From assembly GCF_008831285.2 (NCBI RefSeq), contig NC_045138.2, positions 27,528,001-27,592,000 on the forward strand: a DNA stretch of 64,000 bases. Reading direction: 5' to 3'. The notes beneath the pieces are model-generated. The model saw only the letters and a list, made by a program, of their open reading frames with translations, was not told the origin of the DNA and did not search any database. Position numbers and translations under genes: made by a program. This document shows, in pieces, positions 42,184 through 56,939 of the stretch (position 1 is the stretch's first letter; each line of letters starts with the position of its first letter). This DNA is from Nymphaea colorata (Eukaryota).

Positions 42184-44589
42184 ATGATGGTCGACGGGAT
42201 CGGGAGCTCCGGGGGCCCGCCGCCACAGCCGCTTGAGTGGAAATTCTCGCAGGTGTTCGGCGAGCGGACGGCCGGGGAGGAGGTGCAGGAAGGTGTGGGT
42301 TTTTCCGTTCTCTCCGATCTGGTTCTTTCCAGTTTTGCTGTATCTGTTTTTTTCCCTTCACAGGCCTCTGGTTCTAGGGAATTCGGGTTCATATTGTTTG
42401 AGGTGGGCTCAAGGCTAGGGTTTTGTTAGCTTCGTCGATCGATCTTAGATGGGTGGTTCTCCTGTTATGGATTTGTCGGAGGGTGTAGGATTTGATACTT
42501 TTTGGGCGAAGTTTATTTAGGGGGAAGCTCGGATTTGCGCGGTTTATTTATGAGGGTGTTTTTTTTACGGAGAAATTCTGGCGTAATAACTAATCTATGA
42601 TTGAAGGGCTTTGGTTACCTTTCATTGATAACTTATGCGGGAAAATTCGTCACTTTGGTTCTTGTTTCTTCATTTTTCTTCGAGGTTTCGGTGTTTGTCA
42701 ACATTTGGGTGGTTAGTCTCCTTCGGTTCTCATGAATACGTGTATTTCTCTGTCAGAAACAGTAGAGCTAATGACTGGTTCACGGTTTCATTTTTCGCTG
42801 AGCTCAACCTTGAGTTGTGCTGAATGCAAGATTTATCATGGATACTTGTCCAGAAACTTAGAAGGTTTTAGGATCTCGGCAATTGGTTAAGGAATATTTT
42901 ACATTTGGCCACAGGCTTTTTGTCTTCGTGTATTTGACTAGTAGTTGTCTTTGAGCTCAGCCGGAAGATGGTTGCGGTAGGTATGATAGGATTGGAAGAG
43001 TCGGTGGTTCACCTTGGCGGTGAATTCGTCGATGGAGAAAATGCACGTTGTAGTTTGAACTTTTATGGTATGTGGTCACTATTTACCAATAGAGGATATA
43101 TGTTTGTTATTTGTTAGATTTGGCTAGATCATCGCATTGTCTTGGCTATGTTATACTACTTTTGTGTGTAGATCTAAATAAATATGCTGCTTATCTGTAC
43201 GTAAGTATATATTATATCGATTTTGTGGCACACATCATCTTGCTCTGGTGCAATTATGCCTTCTCAGGATGTTGTGTATTGCAATGCGTAAATTGCTGCT
43301 GGGTCTTTCCAAGTTGAGCCCCTCCAAAAGGAGCTTACCGTTTGTGGTACCCACTAAGTACAATGCATTCATTTCAGTTTATTTATCCAAAATAACTGTA
43401 TGCCAGTGGTGCAACAAAATTGTTTTATAGTCAAGACGTTGACATTGTTTTTGTAGCACATGAAATTTTGGCTAATAATATGATTTATGCTGAGCCATAA
43501 ATATAAAGTGAAGAGATAGCAAGATCTCCCTACTGCATTCCTCAAAGTGATATTAAACAAACAAAACATGGCAATATGACATGCATGTTTAGATGGGAAA
43601 AGTAACCTTCCTATACAGCTATTGCATACATATAATGGTGATACGTAGCCATTGGCAATACTTTTCCTGTTTTGGTCATCACTGTTTTTGTCAGAGTATC
43701 GTGACAATCACTTCCTTTATATGATTTTTGCTTTAGTCTTGTCATCTTTATCTGACTGAATATTCTGGTTTTTTTGAATCATTCAAGAAGGTAGCTTGTC
43801 ATATCATAACTTCTGATTGGCCTTTGTTTTTGCTAGCGTGGTAATAGATTGGCTCGGGCTTAAGTTACAAGTAACCTAACCTTAAAAACATCACATTTTA
43901 AGGCCATCAACTTTCATCCGATGAGGCTGCCATTGTCACTCTCTGCCAACCCCTTGCTTCTTCCATTTTCTTCCCTTGGGTCAGATTTGGCATTTGTAAA
44001 AGGATTTCTCCACCAGTCTTATTAAGTGGCAAATGGTTTTTTTTTTTTAATGTATGAGCAGACTAAATGTCACCTCACACATAAGTCATTATTACTGTAG
44101 AGTGTAGAGAGCCTCTTCTTTGGTCCATCTCTTTCCATCTATTCGTTATCCATTACCAAGGTGAAATTTCTTGGTATGTGGGCTATGTCTTACATTTTCA
44201 GATGCTTGAAGCAAAAGAAAGAGATAACAGAGTTAAATGCTGCACGAACTCACTAGAAGAACACGAAGAGCTGACGACAAGGTAACTTGGCAGTGCCCTA
44301 GGTGCACTCTGTAGTCTGCGCACAAAAGAACACCGATCTACTACACTTACTCTTTGAGATCATAGGAAACCCTTACAAAATGCTGTCATACGTGGGAAAA
44401 TATTGTTTTCTTAGGAGGAATTCATAATTCTGGATGCATTGTATCACCAAAGTATATCTGCTGGCCATGATCAATCTGAGGAACAGGTTTTCTTGGAGGG
44501 AATTTTCCAACTATGCCTTTTTATGGTGTAGGATTGAAATAAAAAATGAGAAGCTTTTATTGACTGTTCTTCGTGGTTGGGAATATATG

Positions 44590-44633
<44 letters not shown>

Positions 44634-47600
44634 TATATATAAATGAAAAGGTCAATGTTCTTGAGACGTGCACTGACTGGAATGGGTGATGGTATTCTCC
44701 AAATTCTTGCAATATATAAGTTGCAGCCAAGTAAGAATTTGAGCCTTGCACCTTAAGAGTAATGGAAGAGCAAAGCAGGTTTCAAAAGGCCAAAAGGGTA
44801 TCCTTGTGACATACTATATGGAGGCTTCCTGAATAAATTCCACAGTACCCAGTGGGCCTATGGGCATCTATATATTGGTAGTAGTTGAAGAGTAAAACAT
44901 TGTTAGTCCTATGCTTGTTGTGTCACTGTTGAGCTCAGTGGGCCCAATAAATCAAACGTTTAGTTGTCTGAAACATCAAATATGCTAAATCAGACTATCA
45001 ATTGGTGTGCCTTCACATTATGTTGTTGGTTTTCTTCTAATATTTTGTTATGCCTTTTCAGTTTCCTTCTGTTGTACTTTCTTTATTTTGTTTTCTTAGG
45101 CTTTTCTTTTTCTTATAAACTCCTTTCTTCTTTTTTACTATGTGCCCTTTTAATGAAGAACATATTTTATATCTGCATCTTTACTTATTCTGCCGAAATC
45201 AGCAGTTGACTTGATTATTTTTCTCAATGGGGTGGAATTTGTTTATTAGTTCCTTTTTTATTTGTACTTTGGACTAACTGGTCTCTTGCTGCAGTTGATA
45301 TTATCTCAGCAATTGAATTCGATAAAACTGGTGACCATCTTGCTACTGGAGACCGGGGAGGGCGCGTAGTTCTATTTGAACGGACAGATGTGAAGGATGT
45401 AAGTCAATGCCTCTGTAATCATTTCTTTGCTCATCATGTCCAAATTCTATATTCTGGGCTCAGATGTGTTCTTTTTCTGCCAAGGTTAAGTTTTGTGCAT
45501 TCATGTTATGTAGCATCATTCTCAAAGAGAGCTGGAGAGGCTGGACTATCCCATCAACAGACATCCTGAATTTCGTTATAAAACAGAGTTCCAAAGCCAT
45601 GAACCTGAGGTCATAATCTTATCATCTACTTTTTGGAGATTTTAATTGTGAATAAATAGGTTATTGACTGTATGTTCTTTTTTATTTAGTTTGATTATCT
45701 TAAAAGTTTGGAAATTGAGGAGAAGATCAATAAGATCAGGTGGTGCCAAACAGCCAATGGGGCATTGTTTCTTCTCTCAACAAATGACAAAACAATAAAG
45801 TATTGGAAGGTAAGGAAATTTATTTGACAGAGATTCACTTAAGTGCATCTGCTGAAGCTCTTCCTTTTAGTTGAATATATGAATTTCATGCTGAATTCTA
45901 GACGTCATAAACAAGCATGCTGAACCTTTTTTCATGTTCGTTGGTGAAAAACAAACTAGTGGTAGTTTGTAATTTCAAATGACTATTATCATAATGGTGG
46001 TAATGCCATAGGTAGAAGATTTTTTGTATCTTTGTGTGCCAAGTGAGCGCTCATTTTTTCATTTTAGAAAAAATGGATTTTTTTTTTCGGGGTGGGGGGG
46101 GGGAGGGTGTAATAGTTCGTCGGACCATTAGGTCACTGTTAGGTATGTATCTTTGCTTGTGCAGTTTTGAAGAAAACACCCTGTATGTGGCCATACATGC
46201 CATATATTTTGTGTTTAATCTAGTAACTATGACATGAAAGTCAATGGATGCAGATTGCTTTACCACTAATGTTTAGATTTAGGCCTATGTGTACATTTAA
46301 TTGAATGCATTTGGATGCATGAAGAATATCTTCATTTTATCCTTTTGATTTTGAAATTTCATCCTTGTATACTCGTGCTTTCTGCCTTGCCTCATGGCAG
46401 GTCCAAGAGAAGAAGGTGAAGAAAATATGTGACATGAATGTAGACCCTTCTGTACCTGTGGGGAATGGCAGTTTGACTGGTTCAAGCAGTTCCTCACCCA
46501 GCCGTAAGATGTATCTTCCTAATGGTGGATGTTCTGAAGGCCCATACAATTTGTTGAACAACGACTTTGTGTTTCCTGTAGGAGGAATCCCATCTCTTCG
46601 TTTGCCAGTGGTAGTTGTACTCAATCTTAGCCCTTTTTTTTGTTTAATTATCCTATTTTACTAATTCAGTAATTCAGTTGTACTGGGTTAATTCTATAAA
46701 TGGTCAGTCTTTGGAGATTTGATGTGCTTCGTATAATATAGCATGCCTTAGTTTTGGAATTTTGGGTTCTGTTGATTTCACTTGCTGCTGTGTATCTCTC
46801 ATGATCTCATCTTTAAGCACATGTCTGAAGAACTTATACGTTGTGGAATCATTTTATACTGTTATTACATTTAGTGTTCTGAGACAATCCTATCGCCTAT
46901 TGGCAGGTGGCTAGCAATGAAACGAGCCTTGTTGCAAGATGCAGGAGAGTGTATGCTCATGCGCATGACTATCACATCAACTCCATTTCAAACAACAGGT
47001 GTGTTCTTCTCTGTTCAGCTTCACGCCCATCTTCATTATATCTATTAATCTATGGTTTCCATCTGGTTATCTTCTTTTAGTTGTTTTCAGTTCCTTGAAA
47101 TAGTTCCATTTGTGCTGCTATGATATTCTTGCATGTCTTTCAAGCATCTCAAGGTCATGTACTGTAAATTTACATGTTGAATTCTGCAGTTTCATATGTG
47201 TATTTGAACATAAATTGCTTTCTTTGCTACATTATTTTCTAGCTGATCCATATGGGGGATGTGGTTATGCATGTTAAGGTGAGGCACATACCTTATGAGC
47301 TCTAATTCCTGTCTCCTTCCTTTTCTGCCTCATAAGATCAGGACAATTACTAAAAGTCGAAAAGTAATAAGACAGATCCTTGCCAGTTTGACTTACGTGG
47401 TGAGCAAAAAGCAAATGATTTTACTTGACATGCCTGTCCTTGTGGCGAACAAGAGTTTTCATTTATTTATTTTAATTGGGGGGATTGAAGGGGAACTGAG
47501 GGAGTTTTAACAAGGCTTAAGATTGTGGAGAAAATATGCGGCCTTCTGGTGCATTGTGAGAACTAAGCTTGAGCCTGAGATTCATGCAACATTTTAGTTT

Positions 47601-50600
47601 TAGTGAAGTGGTATATGCTGTTGGAGTTTTGCTGCCTGCCTGGGTACATGATCATAAAAATCAATGCTGTCTGATACTTTACCAACTAAAAATCCTGGTA
47701 ATCCTATTGGCTTATTGCGAGTTGTATTTCTATATTTTTATGGATTCCAATTAGGTGCCTTTTGTGAAGTTGGCAGAAGACCACATTGTAAGATAAACTT
47801 TGTTAGGCAGCTTTTACTATTGTAGGTTAATATAGTTGAAATGTCAGGATGAAAACTTACTCAGTATTTTGATACGATTGCATTGAATAATGTGATGAAA
47901 TCAAATTTTGCAATAGTCACGCGGATGGTGTGATTGTGTCTAAGACTCTAAATATGGAAACAGCCTAATTGATTCTTTTTGAATTTATGAATTTGCCTTT
48001 TTGGCCTTTTCCAAATTTATGTGGAGCGATTCTAGGTTTTTCTCGTCTAGCAAATCTCTCTGTCTCTCTCTCACTCTCCCTCTCTGTCTATCTCTGTGTG
48101 TGTCTCTCTCTCTCTATTTACATACACACATAAAAACCAAAACCTGCTTGCCAAATGCATCTGCCCGTCTTAAACCATTAATGGCTGGCCTTTTCCCCGA
48201 TTTCAGTTTCATGACGGAAATGTGTAGGTTTTAGGGATAAGAAGCCATCAAGGATGCAGTCCTATCTTTTTCTGAGTAATCATGTCGTTAAAAATCTCTG
48301 GCATTTATTAGCAGATGGTCTTGTGATCATGCAGTCCTCAATAATAGGTTGCACACTACAAATTTAGATGATCTGAAGTTCTGGCTTCTATTGTGTAGTT
48401 TTTACCTGAATGTGTTACATAAACAATCATCATGAGTATTTGTCTATCATGATGGCCATTGCTGTTGTTGCTATTGTCAATTCTTTTGAGCTTGCTTGTT
48501 TGATGCTCATAAGGTATATTTACAAATCTTGGTCTGCTTGTTACTTTCTTTAGAGGATGACTTTTATCTGATCTCTTGCCATTTTTGCGTGCTATTCTTA
48601 TTTGATCTGGCAAATACTTATCCGCAATTTTGGTAATTAAAAAACAATATTTTATACTTTTTGAGCAGTGCTTTACTTTTAATCGTCTAATTAGAAGTGC
48701 ATAATTTACAATTCTTGAACCTATGATAGATTTGTCACTTTTTCTATTCCAGTGATGGAGAAACCTTTATATCTGCTGATGACTTGCGGATTAATTTGTG
48801 GAACCTTGAAATAAGCAACCAGAGTTTTAACATAGTCGATGTCAAGCCAGCAAACATGGAAGATCTCACTGGTACGAGCCTTGTCAATTTTATGGGCATG
48901 CTTATTACTGTCTTGTTGTCCGTGACTCCATATACTTGTCCTATGTGTTCGAGGAATACCAGAAATTTTTAAAATTAGCTGCTCAAAGCACCATTCACAT
49001 ACACCACAAGAATGTGAGTAATGGACAGAATATATATTCAGTTTTCTATACTCTTATTTGTTGATGACAAAATATTTTGTTGAATGTGCTCATCTGATTA
49101 TTTTTCACACAGAAGGTAGATTTTGAAAATGATAAGGTTTTTTATTTATAAAAAATTGAGCTACTGTAAAATAAAGTTGCTTTAGTAGGGTATTAGAATC
49201 ATCAGAATTCAGAACCATGAAGTTAAGAAAAGATTCATAATCAAGAAGCTGTATTTGGTGACGAGGCAAAATTTGATGCCAATTCCAGCTAGTCGGTTGT
49301 TTTTCACCCTGATTTTTTTCTCGTTGCTTCTGACTGTGGAATGTTGATGTTACTAATTGTCACAAACATGGGAAAATATCGGCAAGGTTTTTCTCGGCAA
49401 TTCAAAAATAAAAAATCCTAAAAATAAAAAAAATAAAACTATTAATGCAACAAATGCAGAGCTTTCATGTTCTTTCTTGTAAGTGCCTATGTTTGTTCTC
49501 AAGGAAAAATCAAATATTGTGACCATAAGTTGCTTAAACGCTCCAAGTAATGAGTCCTGTATTTATTTAATTTGGTAACCATTTGAGTGTTGGAACTTGG
49601 AAGTGATTTAATTGTTATTTTTTATTATTTCTAATGCAATCCTGCATGTTGTAGGTAACATCTGTTTGTTATTTTTGTTTTGTGAAATTCAGGTTCTTTC
49701 ATAGAGAGTACTTTTTTCCTCGTTTTTTTTTTTTTTTTTTTTGTATTTTCTGAATTTTTTAACTTTTTGGTGAATTTTTAAAATTTAGAAGTTAAATTTG
49801 CAATGTTTTACAACATTCTACATTAAGTATCTAACTTTGGGCCCAACACATAGGAGTTGTGTTACACGTTTTGCAACATTACTCCAATTAGCCAACTGTC
49901 AAGATGGAAGGGCATAATAATAGCATGCTTAAATGCCCTTCGTAAAGAAATGAATCTATGGCTTTGTAGTCAATATTAACCTCAAAAGTCTCTTTGGTTT
50001 ATGTCATCTGTTAGTATGAGGAATATCCTCTCCTCCCTTACTGCAAAGTTTTGTCTGATGGTTTTCATTTGTGCCATACTGTTTCAATGCTTATATATCC
50101 ATGTTTGGGTTAGACTAGTAATGGAAAATATGTGTTTGTGTTTAAGCACTTTTGCTGAATAATCATTAATCTCACAACTCACATTGGTTGGTATTTTACA
50201 GAGGTAATTACTTCTGCTGAGTTTCATCCTATCCATTGCAATACATTAGCATACAGCAGCTCAAAAGGTTCAATTCGTCTCATTGACTTGCGACAATCAG
50301 CTTTATGTGATACTCATGCAAAATTGTAAGCTTTTCCGTGGCAGTTATATATTGTCTCTTAGTTGTCTTGGTTTTCATTACCTGTCCTCCAGTTATAAAT
50401 TGTGTCCCTACAATCGGGTGACTTGTTGACGATAGATCTTATCCATCTTCCCAGGTTTGAGGAGCATGAGGCTCCTAGTTCAAGGTCCTTTTTCACTGAA
50501 ATTATTGCTTCCATATCAGACATTAAGTTTGCCAAGGATGGGAGATACATTCTTAGTCGTGACTATATGACTCTCAAGGTACTTGGTTCCACGTTCCTTT

Positions 50601-52290
50601 TTCTCCATCGTTTTAGTATATGCATAATAATAATAACAGTACCATCTTGTGTGATGAAATTTTAGTTTATCTTATGTTATAGTGTTAAGGAATTTTGTAG
50701 TTAGAAAAGAGAGAGTCTAATAGGTTTTATGATGAATTAAATAATCTTCATCTTCACTTATATTTTTACTGGGCAAATATTTGCCAATGTGGAATAGAAA
50801 GATGAATGTTGAAGGAAGCTAAGTGTACAAGAGTATACCATTTTGGGTGACAAAAGCTGTGTTGGCATGTGGGTCTAGGATACTGGTACTTACACTGTAC
50901 TGAATACTCATGGTTCTTACCTTATCCTGGATCAGATACAGACCTGATCCATCTTGAAGGCATTCTTAGCTCTAACTTTGTTATTATTATAGATCATGCG
51001 TATTTTTTTGGCATCTTCAGTTACAAAGGATTATGCATGAATTTGTAAACTATTATCTGTACATGCTCCTGCACTTGTAGTCTCAACAATGTGACTTAGA
51101 AAGTTAGACAGGAAAAGGGAGCCAATGGCCAAAAAGTAATTTGGATCCATTTATCATGTTTAAGCAAATTGAAAATTATTTTGATTAGAATCAGTACGTG
51201 GTCTGTCTCATTGGCAGCTAGCAGATGCTTTATATTGAAATGTTGTTGGCAAAATTTCAGATTAGTGATAGATAAGTTTATTATAAATCATTGCCCTGCT
51301 CCTGCGTCTCCTGATTTGCGTAATATGATAAACATCTCGTCATCTCTTTTTCAGTAAAAATCTGGATTGGTTGTTTTGAGTGTCTTCTTTCTTTTGAAGC
51401 TTCTGAATTTGACTTCATTTATGCATGTATATTAATTGCAAGCATATTTTAATAAATAAAATAGATTGGATTTAGTCCCTCTCAATGGGGATCTACAAGT
51501 TCTTGTATCTGTGATTGTTAAAGCGGGAATTTGCAAAGATTTATGAATGTGTTCACGTTTGAAATCTTTCCTCCTTGTGGATAGTCTGCAACTAGTTTAG
51601 CACATTCATAAAAAATAGTGTATCACTTAATGATATTTTTGTGATCGGATACCTTTTCCCCACTTTATTATGCTTACATCTGCTGGTTTTGTGACTGATA
51701 GCTTTGGGACATAAACATGGATTCTGGGCCCGTGTCTACTTTCCAAGTTCACGAATATCTTAGACCAAGGGTATCTCCTTGCTTTTCATCTAAAATATTT
51801 TCATGCTTGTCAAGAAGCTGATGTTTTGGAAATGATGTTTTTGCAGCTATGTGATTTATATGAAAATGATGCAATTTTTGATAAATTTGAATGTTGTCTG
51901 AGTGGAGATGGGCTTCGGGTAGCCACAGGTTCTTACAGGTTTGTATTTGATGGCAAAATTATCGAAATCTTCTATTTTAAGCTACAACCATTTTATTTTA
52001 TGGCCCTGACTGTGTGCATGGTCTTAGCAATTTGTTTCGGGTGTTTGGTTGTGTTCCTGGGAGCAATGAAGCAACTACTTTGGAAGCTAGCAAAAATCCT
52101 ATGAGGTATTATCCTCTATAGCATTTCATATTAATGAACTGTTAATGCTGCTTCTTGTTCTTATCCCATGTTTTATTTACCTGAAATAACTGTCGAGTTG
52201 CATTTTGTTTTTTTGATTTGGTAATTCTTGCTTGACATTTGCGTATCTATTTTCAGCTTTACTTATGTCACATGGGTGCAGGGATGTGAC

Positions 52291-52328
<38 letters not shown>

Positions 52329-53566
52329 TCACCTGAGTGCCTGAGATGGGGAAGATGCAAACCGCTTTTCAACCATTGGGGAGGATGAAGAGGGTCTAAC
52401 TTTGGCCTTCTTTTGATTTTGTCCCTTTTATTATGAGTAAATTAATTTAAGTTAACCCTAAAGCAAGACATAAATGGACTCTGTCAAAGTTGACAGGATC
52501 GACAGGGTAACTCTTGCCATGGGTGTGGGGCTGAACCCATACGGCTTGACAGTGTCCATAGTGAGTCCAAACCCACATAGTGGAGCCCATGTGTCATAAG
52601 TAGAGAAAGAACATGGTAATTCTCTGCCTTAGGATTGGTTAACCCTAAGAAGAGAAAGAGGCTTAAATTTAGTCTCATTTTGTGATATGTGTGTCTGTTG
52701 TAGTAATGATAACTAGTTTAATTTTACCTGTCTTTGGATTCTCAATGATTTTGATAGTGGGAGAAATTTTCGGTAGTTTATGTTAGCTATACATTTTACT
52801 TCCACGAGCTGCTGCTTCAGACACCTTGTGGATGGTGGTGCATGTTTGTGGATTTTGGATGCCATAAGGTGTTTGGAAAGAGCATTATGTTAGGAAGTTT
52901 GGAAAAAATGTCTCTTTCTAGATCTGACAGTTAAACAGTAGACATAATTGTGCAATGTTCTCTGAAGAAAGAACGTAGTGTTCTTGGAACGTGTTCGGAA
53001 GACACAATATTCTTTATATCAAATGCTTTTTATAAATCACGGTGCAGAGTGTAAGCATGCACAGAAAGCATAGTTATGGTTGATTTACATTGAACATCAA
53101 GAATAACACAATTATAAAGTGATAGATACATATGTAATCAGAAATATCTGGAGTTTTTATTGTGCTTTACTGTTGGTCTTGGCCATGATTTTAGTTTGAT
53201 GTTTGCGTTCACTCATATTGACTGCTTTCTTACAGGAGACAAGTGGTGACCCCTGCAAGGTCCTCCAGATCACTGAGCAGCTTAACACGAGTTGTTAGAC
53301 GTGGTAAGCATCGTGCTGTCATGATATTGTCCTGTCTTGTTGCTTGATGCTTGCCATCTTGTGTGCAGAAATTTCCTTGTTCTACTTGTGAATTTCATTT
53401 TCCCTTACGAAGATATGAATCTGTAACAGGTAGTGAGAGCCCAGGTGTCGATGCAAATGGAGGTGCCTTTGATTTCACAACAAAGTTGCTACACCTAGCA
53501 TGGCACCCATCAGAGAATTCAATTGCATGTGCAGCTGCAAACAGCCTCTACATGTATTATGCATAA
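42184..53566 (+). CDS. Serine/threonine protein phosphatase 2A 55 kDa regulatory subunit B (B55/PR55, WD40), 14 exons, ~513 aa
   Basis: Exons 42184-42292, 45295-45398, 45514-45609, 45690-45809, 46401-46610, 46907-46998, 48753-48871, 50202-50325, 50455-50578, 51702-51770, 51847-51938, 52028-52105, 53236-53303, 53430-53566. All GT-AG; total 1542 nt, in frame. Motifs: [112 protein letters not shown]. Confidence 0.96.
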
Positions 53567-54275
53567 TAGCAGCCTCCACATACCTGCTGATTGGCCAGTT
53601 CTTGGAGGTGATTAGTTGAGGTGATTGTGTTTCAACTGAAGAAAATGGGCCCAAGTGCCTCCGAGCCTCTCTGTAGCATTTCACTGAATGGGGCTCACAG
53701 GATGCAGTGCGGATTGATGAGGAAGTAAAGTATGTCCTTTTCTTTTTTGTTTCAGAGCAAGTTGCTCAATTCTATTTCTTTGTAGAAAAGATTTGAGGTC
53801 TTTTCTGACTCTTAGCTCTACAACAACCAAAGGAAGTCTCTCACTACCCAAAATTCTGGACGCCACAGGGAATCTGACAATGCCTTTGCTGTGTGGCCTG
53901 TGAGGCCCCTGGGGCTTGTATTTGTTGGACTAACGCTTGGGCACATGGGAAGTTATATCACGAATCATTCTTGTGCATTTTCTATGCTGATCTTCTGATT
54001 TTATTCCTCGGATAATGAGAATTCTTGACGTGTTAGTTTAATATATTGTATGAATCCCATGTTTTTAATTATCAACTTTGTGGTGTTGATCAGGGAAGCA
54101 AGTGGGTTTAGTTTACCTTTCTATATATATCTCCAGGTGATGGGCTGCCAATCTCAAACCGTGGCAGATGTGTATTTAGCTGTCCGCCTCCTGGATTGTA
54201 TGCTTATTTGTTTAAACAAATGCAAAGTTCAATTTGTCTATTGTTTACAACCATGTATTAATCCACTACTCTCCG

Positions 54276-54313
<38 letters not shown>

Positions 54314-55914
54314 TCTGCCCTGGTCCCTGAACCCCTCAGCGATGGGCACAGGCCGACATTGGCCACACGGCACGTTGATTAAAATGGCAATTCTTTGCAA
54401 GTATCTAAGATCAAGTCCCCTTTTTAATTTACGCGGTCATTGGCTTTGCCTTTAACTTGCTGAACGGCTGAGGAACATTTTGACAATAGCCATCTAAAGA
54501 GGAAAAGAGAGATGGAGAAAATAAACCAATTTTCTGGTTTTATATCCACAGGCAAGAAGTTTTGCATCATATGTAAGCGCCGACTCCGCCCTCCTTTCTC
54601 GATCCCTGGGTTTATGAGTTGTTCAACTCTCAAGCATTTAATGAGAATCACCGATTCACCGGTGATATTCCTCAGCATGTGTTGACCGTAATGTTTTCTA
54701 TTTGCCTTTCTTTCTGAATTGTGGTTGATGAGCTTCAGGAACAAGCCTTCTAATAGGCTTCCCAATCACGAGGTAAAACCCCCCGGTGAGGCCCGGCAAC
54801 TGTGCCTTGTGAGGACAACAACCATGGAAATGGTCAGGTTCTAAAGCGGCAGCATCGGTGCTTGGTTGGGGGATAGAAATTACAGAAGACGATCTATCGA
54901 AGAGTCTTTTATCGTTACTCAGACAAGGCTTGTGGTTTCATGTTTCCAAATTTACAAGCAAGAAATTCCCTTCTATAAGAAACCAAGCATGTAGTTTCCT
55001 TATGTTTTCTGGAATGTGGACTTAATTTGGGTCTGTGTTCATCGAGCTTTCAGGTGGGCGAGAGACATGATCTAGTTTGTCGTAGACGCCTTTGTCTCCT
55101 TGGGTGCGGCCGGAATTATAAGTGCAGCCTTGTTCCAAGTCTACTTTCAAGCTGTGGCTGAGAGCTGTCTCCATTTTTAGACTTTGTTGCTTGATCTCAA
55201 CCCAACATGTGAAACAACTGCCTTTGATCATTTGTTTTGCTGTCTGGTCTGGCCTAACCCAATTTAAGCCTTTCCCGAATGAAACTAGGACCTAAACCGT
55301 TTTGGAAGTAATGGTGAACTGTTAAATTGGCTACCAAGAAAGATTCAAAATTTTCATCCAGCATACGTCCTCAATGTCACCTGGAATGGTCGCAGATGTC
55401 CTTCACTTTTTTTTTTTTTTTGGTGAATGAAGATTTTTAATATCTCTGGAAAAACTTGTATGGGAAAACTTTTGAACACTTACTTATACTTGAATTTAAT
55501 AAAAAAGCTGTTGGTAATCATCACCATCATCTTCGTGTTAATAAATATACAGTGAGATTAACGATATAAAATTGATGCAGCTAAGGATGTAATTCCACAT
55601 GATATGCAAACCAACCACGTACAGTTGCCAGGGTGCAGTGTGGGGCGACAGTGATACCTTCATCCAATCCAGACTTGTAAAGACTTGGTTTATGAAATCA
55701 AGTTTTTTAATGAACTTTAAAAACTTGGTTTCTTTATATGGGTGGTACATCTAAAGCTTGGTTTTGAGTAACTTGAGGGTGTCAGGTTTTCATTAACTTT
55801 TACAAAACCATGTTTCGTCAAAACTCTTTAAACACAATTTCTGATGACACTTAAACACTTCAAAAACCATTTTTTAAAGGGTAAAACAAACCAGCTGCAA
55901 GCAAAAATCTTAGG

Positions 55915-56560
55915 GAAGTGGAGGCGACAGTGCTGGAGGATGTCATTCTTAATTGTCTGCTAGAATATGTAGCGCTTCATGAACAAATGTTTCCATGGTA
56001 GTATTGAACCCCCGGTAAGCAGGTTTAAAAGAGAGGTTTGACGGAGCTACATGGAAAACTTTTCCTATGTCAAGCGGCCTCCTGAGACAAAAATTAAACT
56101 GAGAATTTGGATGAAAACTGAGTTATACTGTGAAGACACCATCAGTTCAGGTAAAAATGGCTGGTTAATCAACATTGTTAGAGCCCATACCAGGCATGAA
56201 CCGAAAATTGCTGGAGCTATGTGGGTAATGGGCAAGTGGGTCGTGTGGTGGCTGTCAAGGATCGTGAAATGATACACGAAGGAGAAATGAAAGTTTTGGA
56301 GCGCATTCTCAGATTCCATAAAAAATATAGTGGCAATTATGCTATCATTTCTCCTATCAAAGATTGGGTGAGGAAAATTAGTAAGAGATTGGAAGAGCAA
56401 CGTTCAAATGCAGGTTTGAGCAGGTGTTTTGATCAATTTCAGGTAAGAATTTATGTGGAGCAGGATGCTGCTACAAGGATCATGCCGACCTTGATGACTA
56501 TTTTTCTACTTAAATATGAGCTTGTAGGCTATGTTTTATTAACAATTTTTTGGTGAAGGG
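55915..56560 (+). mobile_element. Probable degenerate LINE (L1-type) ORF2 3' remnant upstream of prolidase
   Basis: Frameshifted peptides F..ATWK.F...GL, WVVWWL and KDREMIHEGEMK.LERILR..IKDW resemble the W.LW.ERN..IF.G motif that follows the zf-RVT domain of plant L1 ORF2. Broken by stops and frameshifts. Confidence 0.35.
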
Positions 56561-56939
56561 CTAGGCCAATTTTTTTGTGTATTGTTAAAGTCTGTTTTTG
56601 AACTTTTCCTGAAATAAATGTAAGGGCCTAACCTCCAACAAGCTCTTTACTTCAAAGGCAAAACAAAAATTTACTTCCAAAACGAAAACCAGTTTTTGGG
56701 ATGTCATCCTGACACCCCTTAAATTGTTCGGGCTAAAAAACTGTTAGATGCAAGTTCATGAGGCCGGACCGTGGATGGTTAGGTCCGCCGCCGACTTCTG
56801 ACTGTGCAGCCGCAACCCTTGTCACGGAGTTTGGATCCCACGAGCTCTACGCCTGCGGTACTTGTCCGCAGGCTGTAGATTCTGAGAATCTGACCGCACG
56901 CTTTGGCTCGTACATCAACAGCAGGAAGAGCGAACGAGC

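Noticed and set aside
41778..42392. Several overlapping 80-110-aa ORFs around the B55 first exon
   Set aside because: Expected in a GC-rich 5' region; only the B55 frame and the two short uORFs are supportable.
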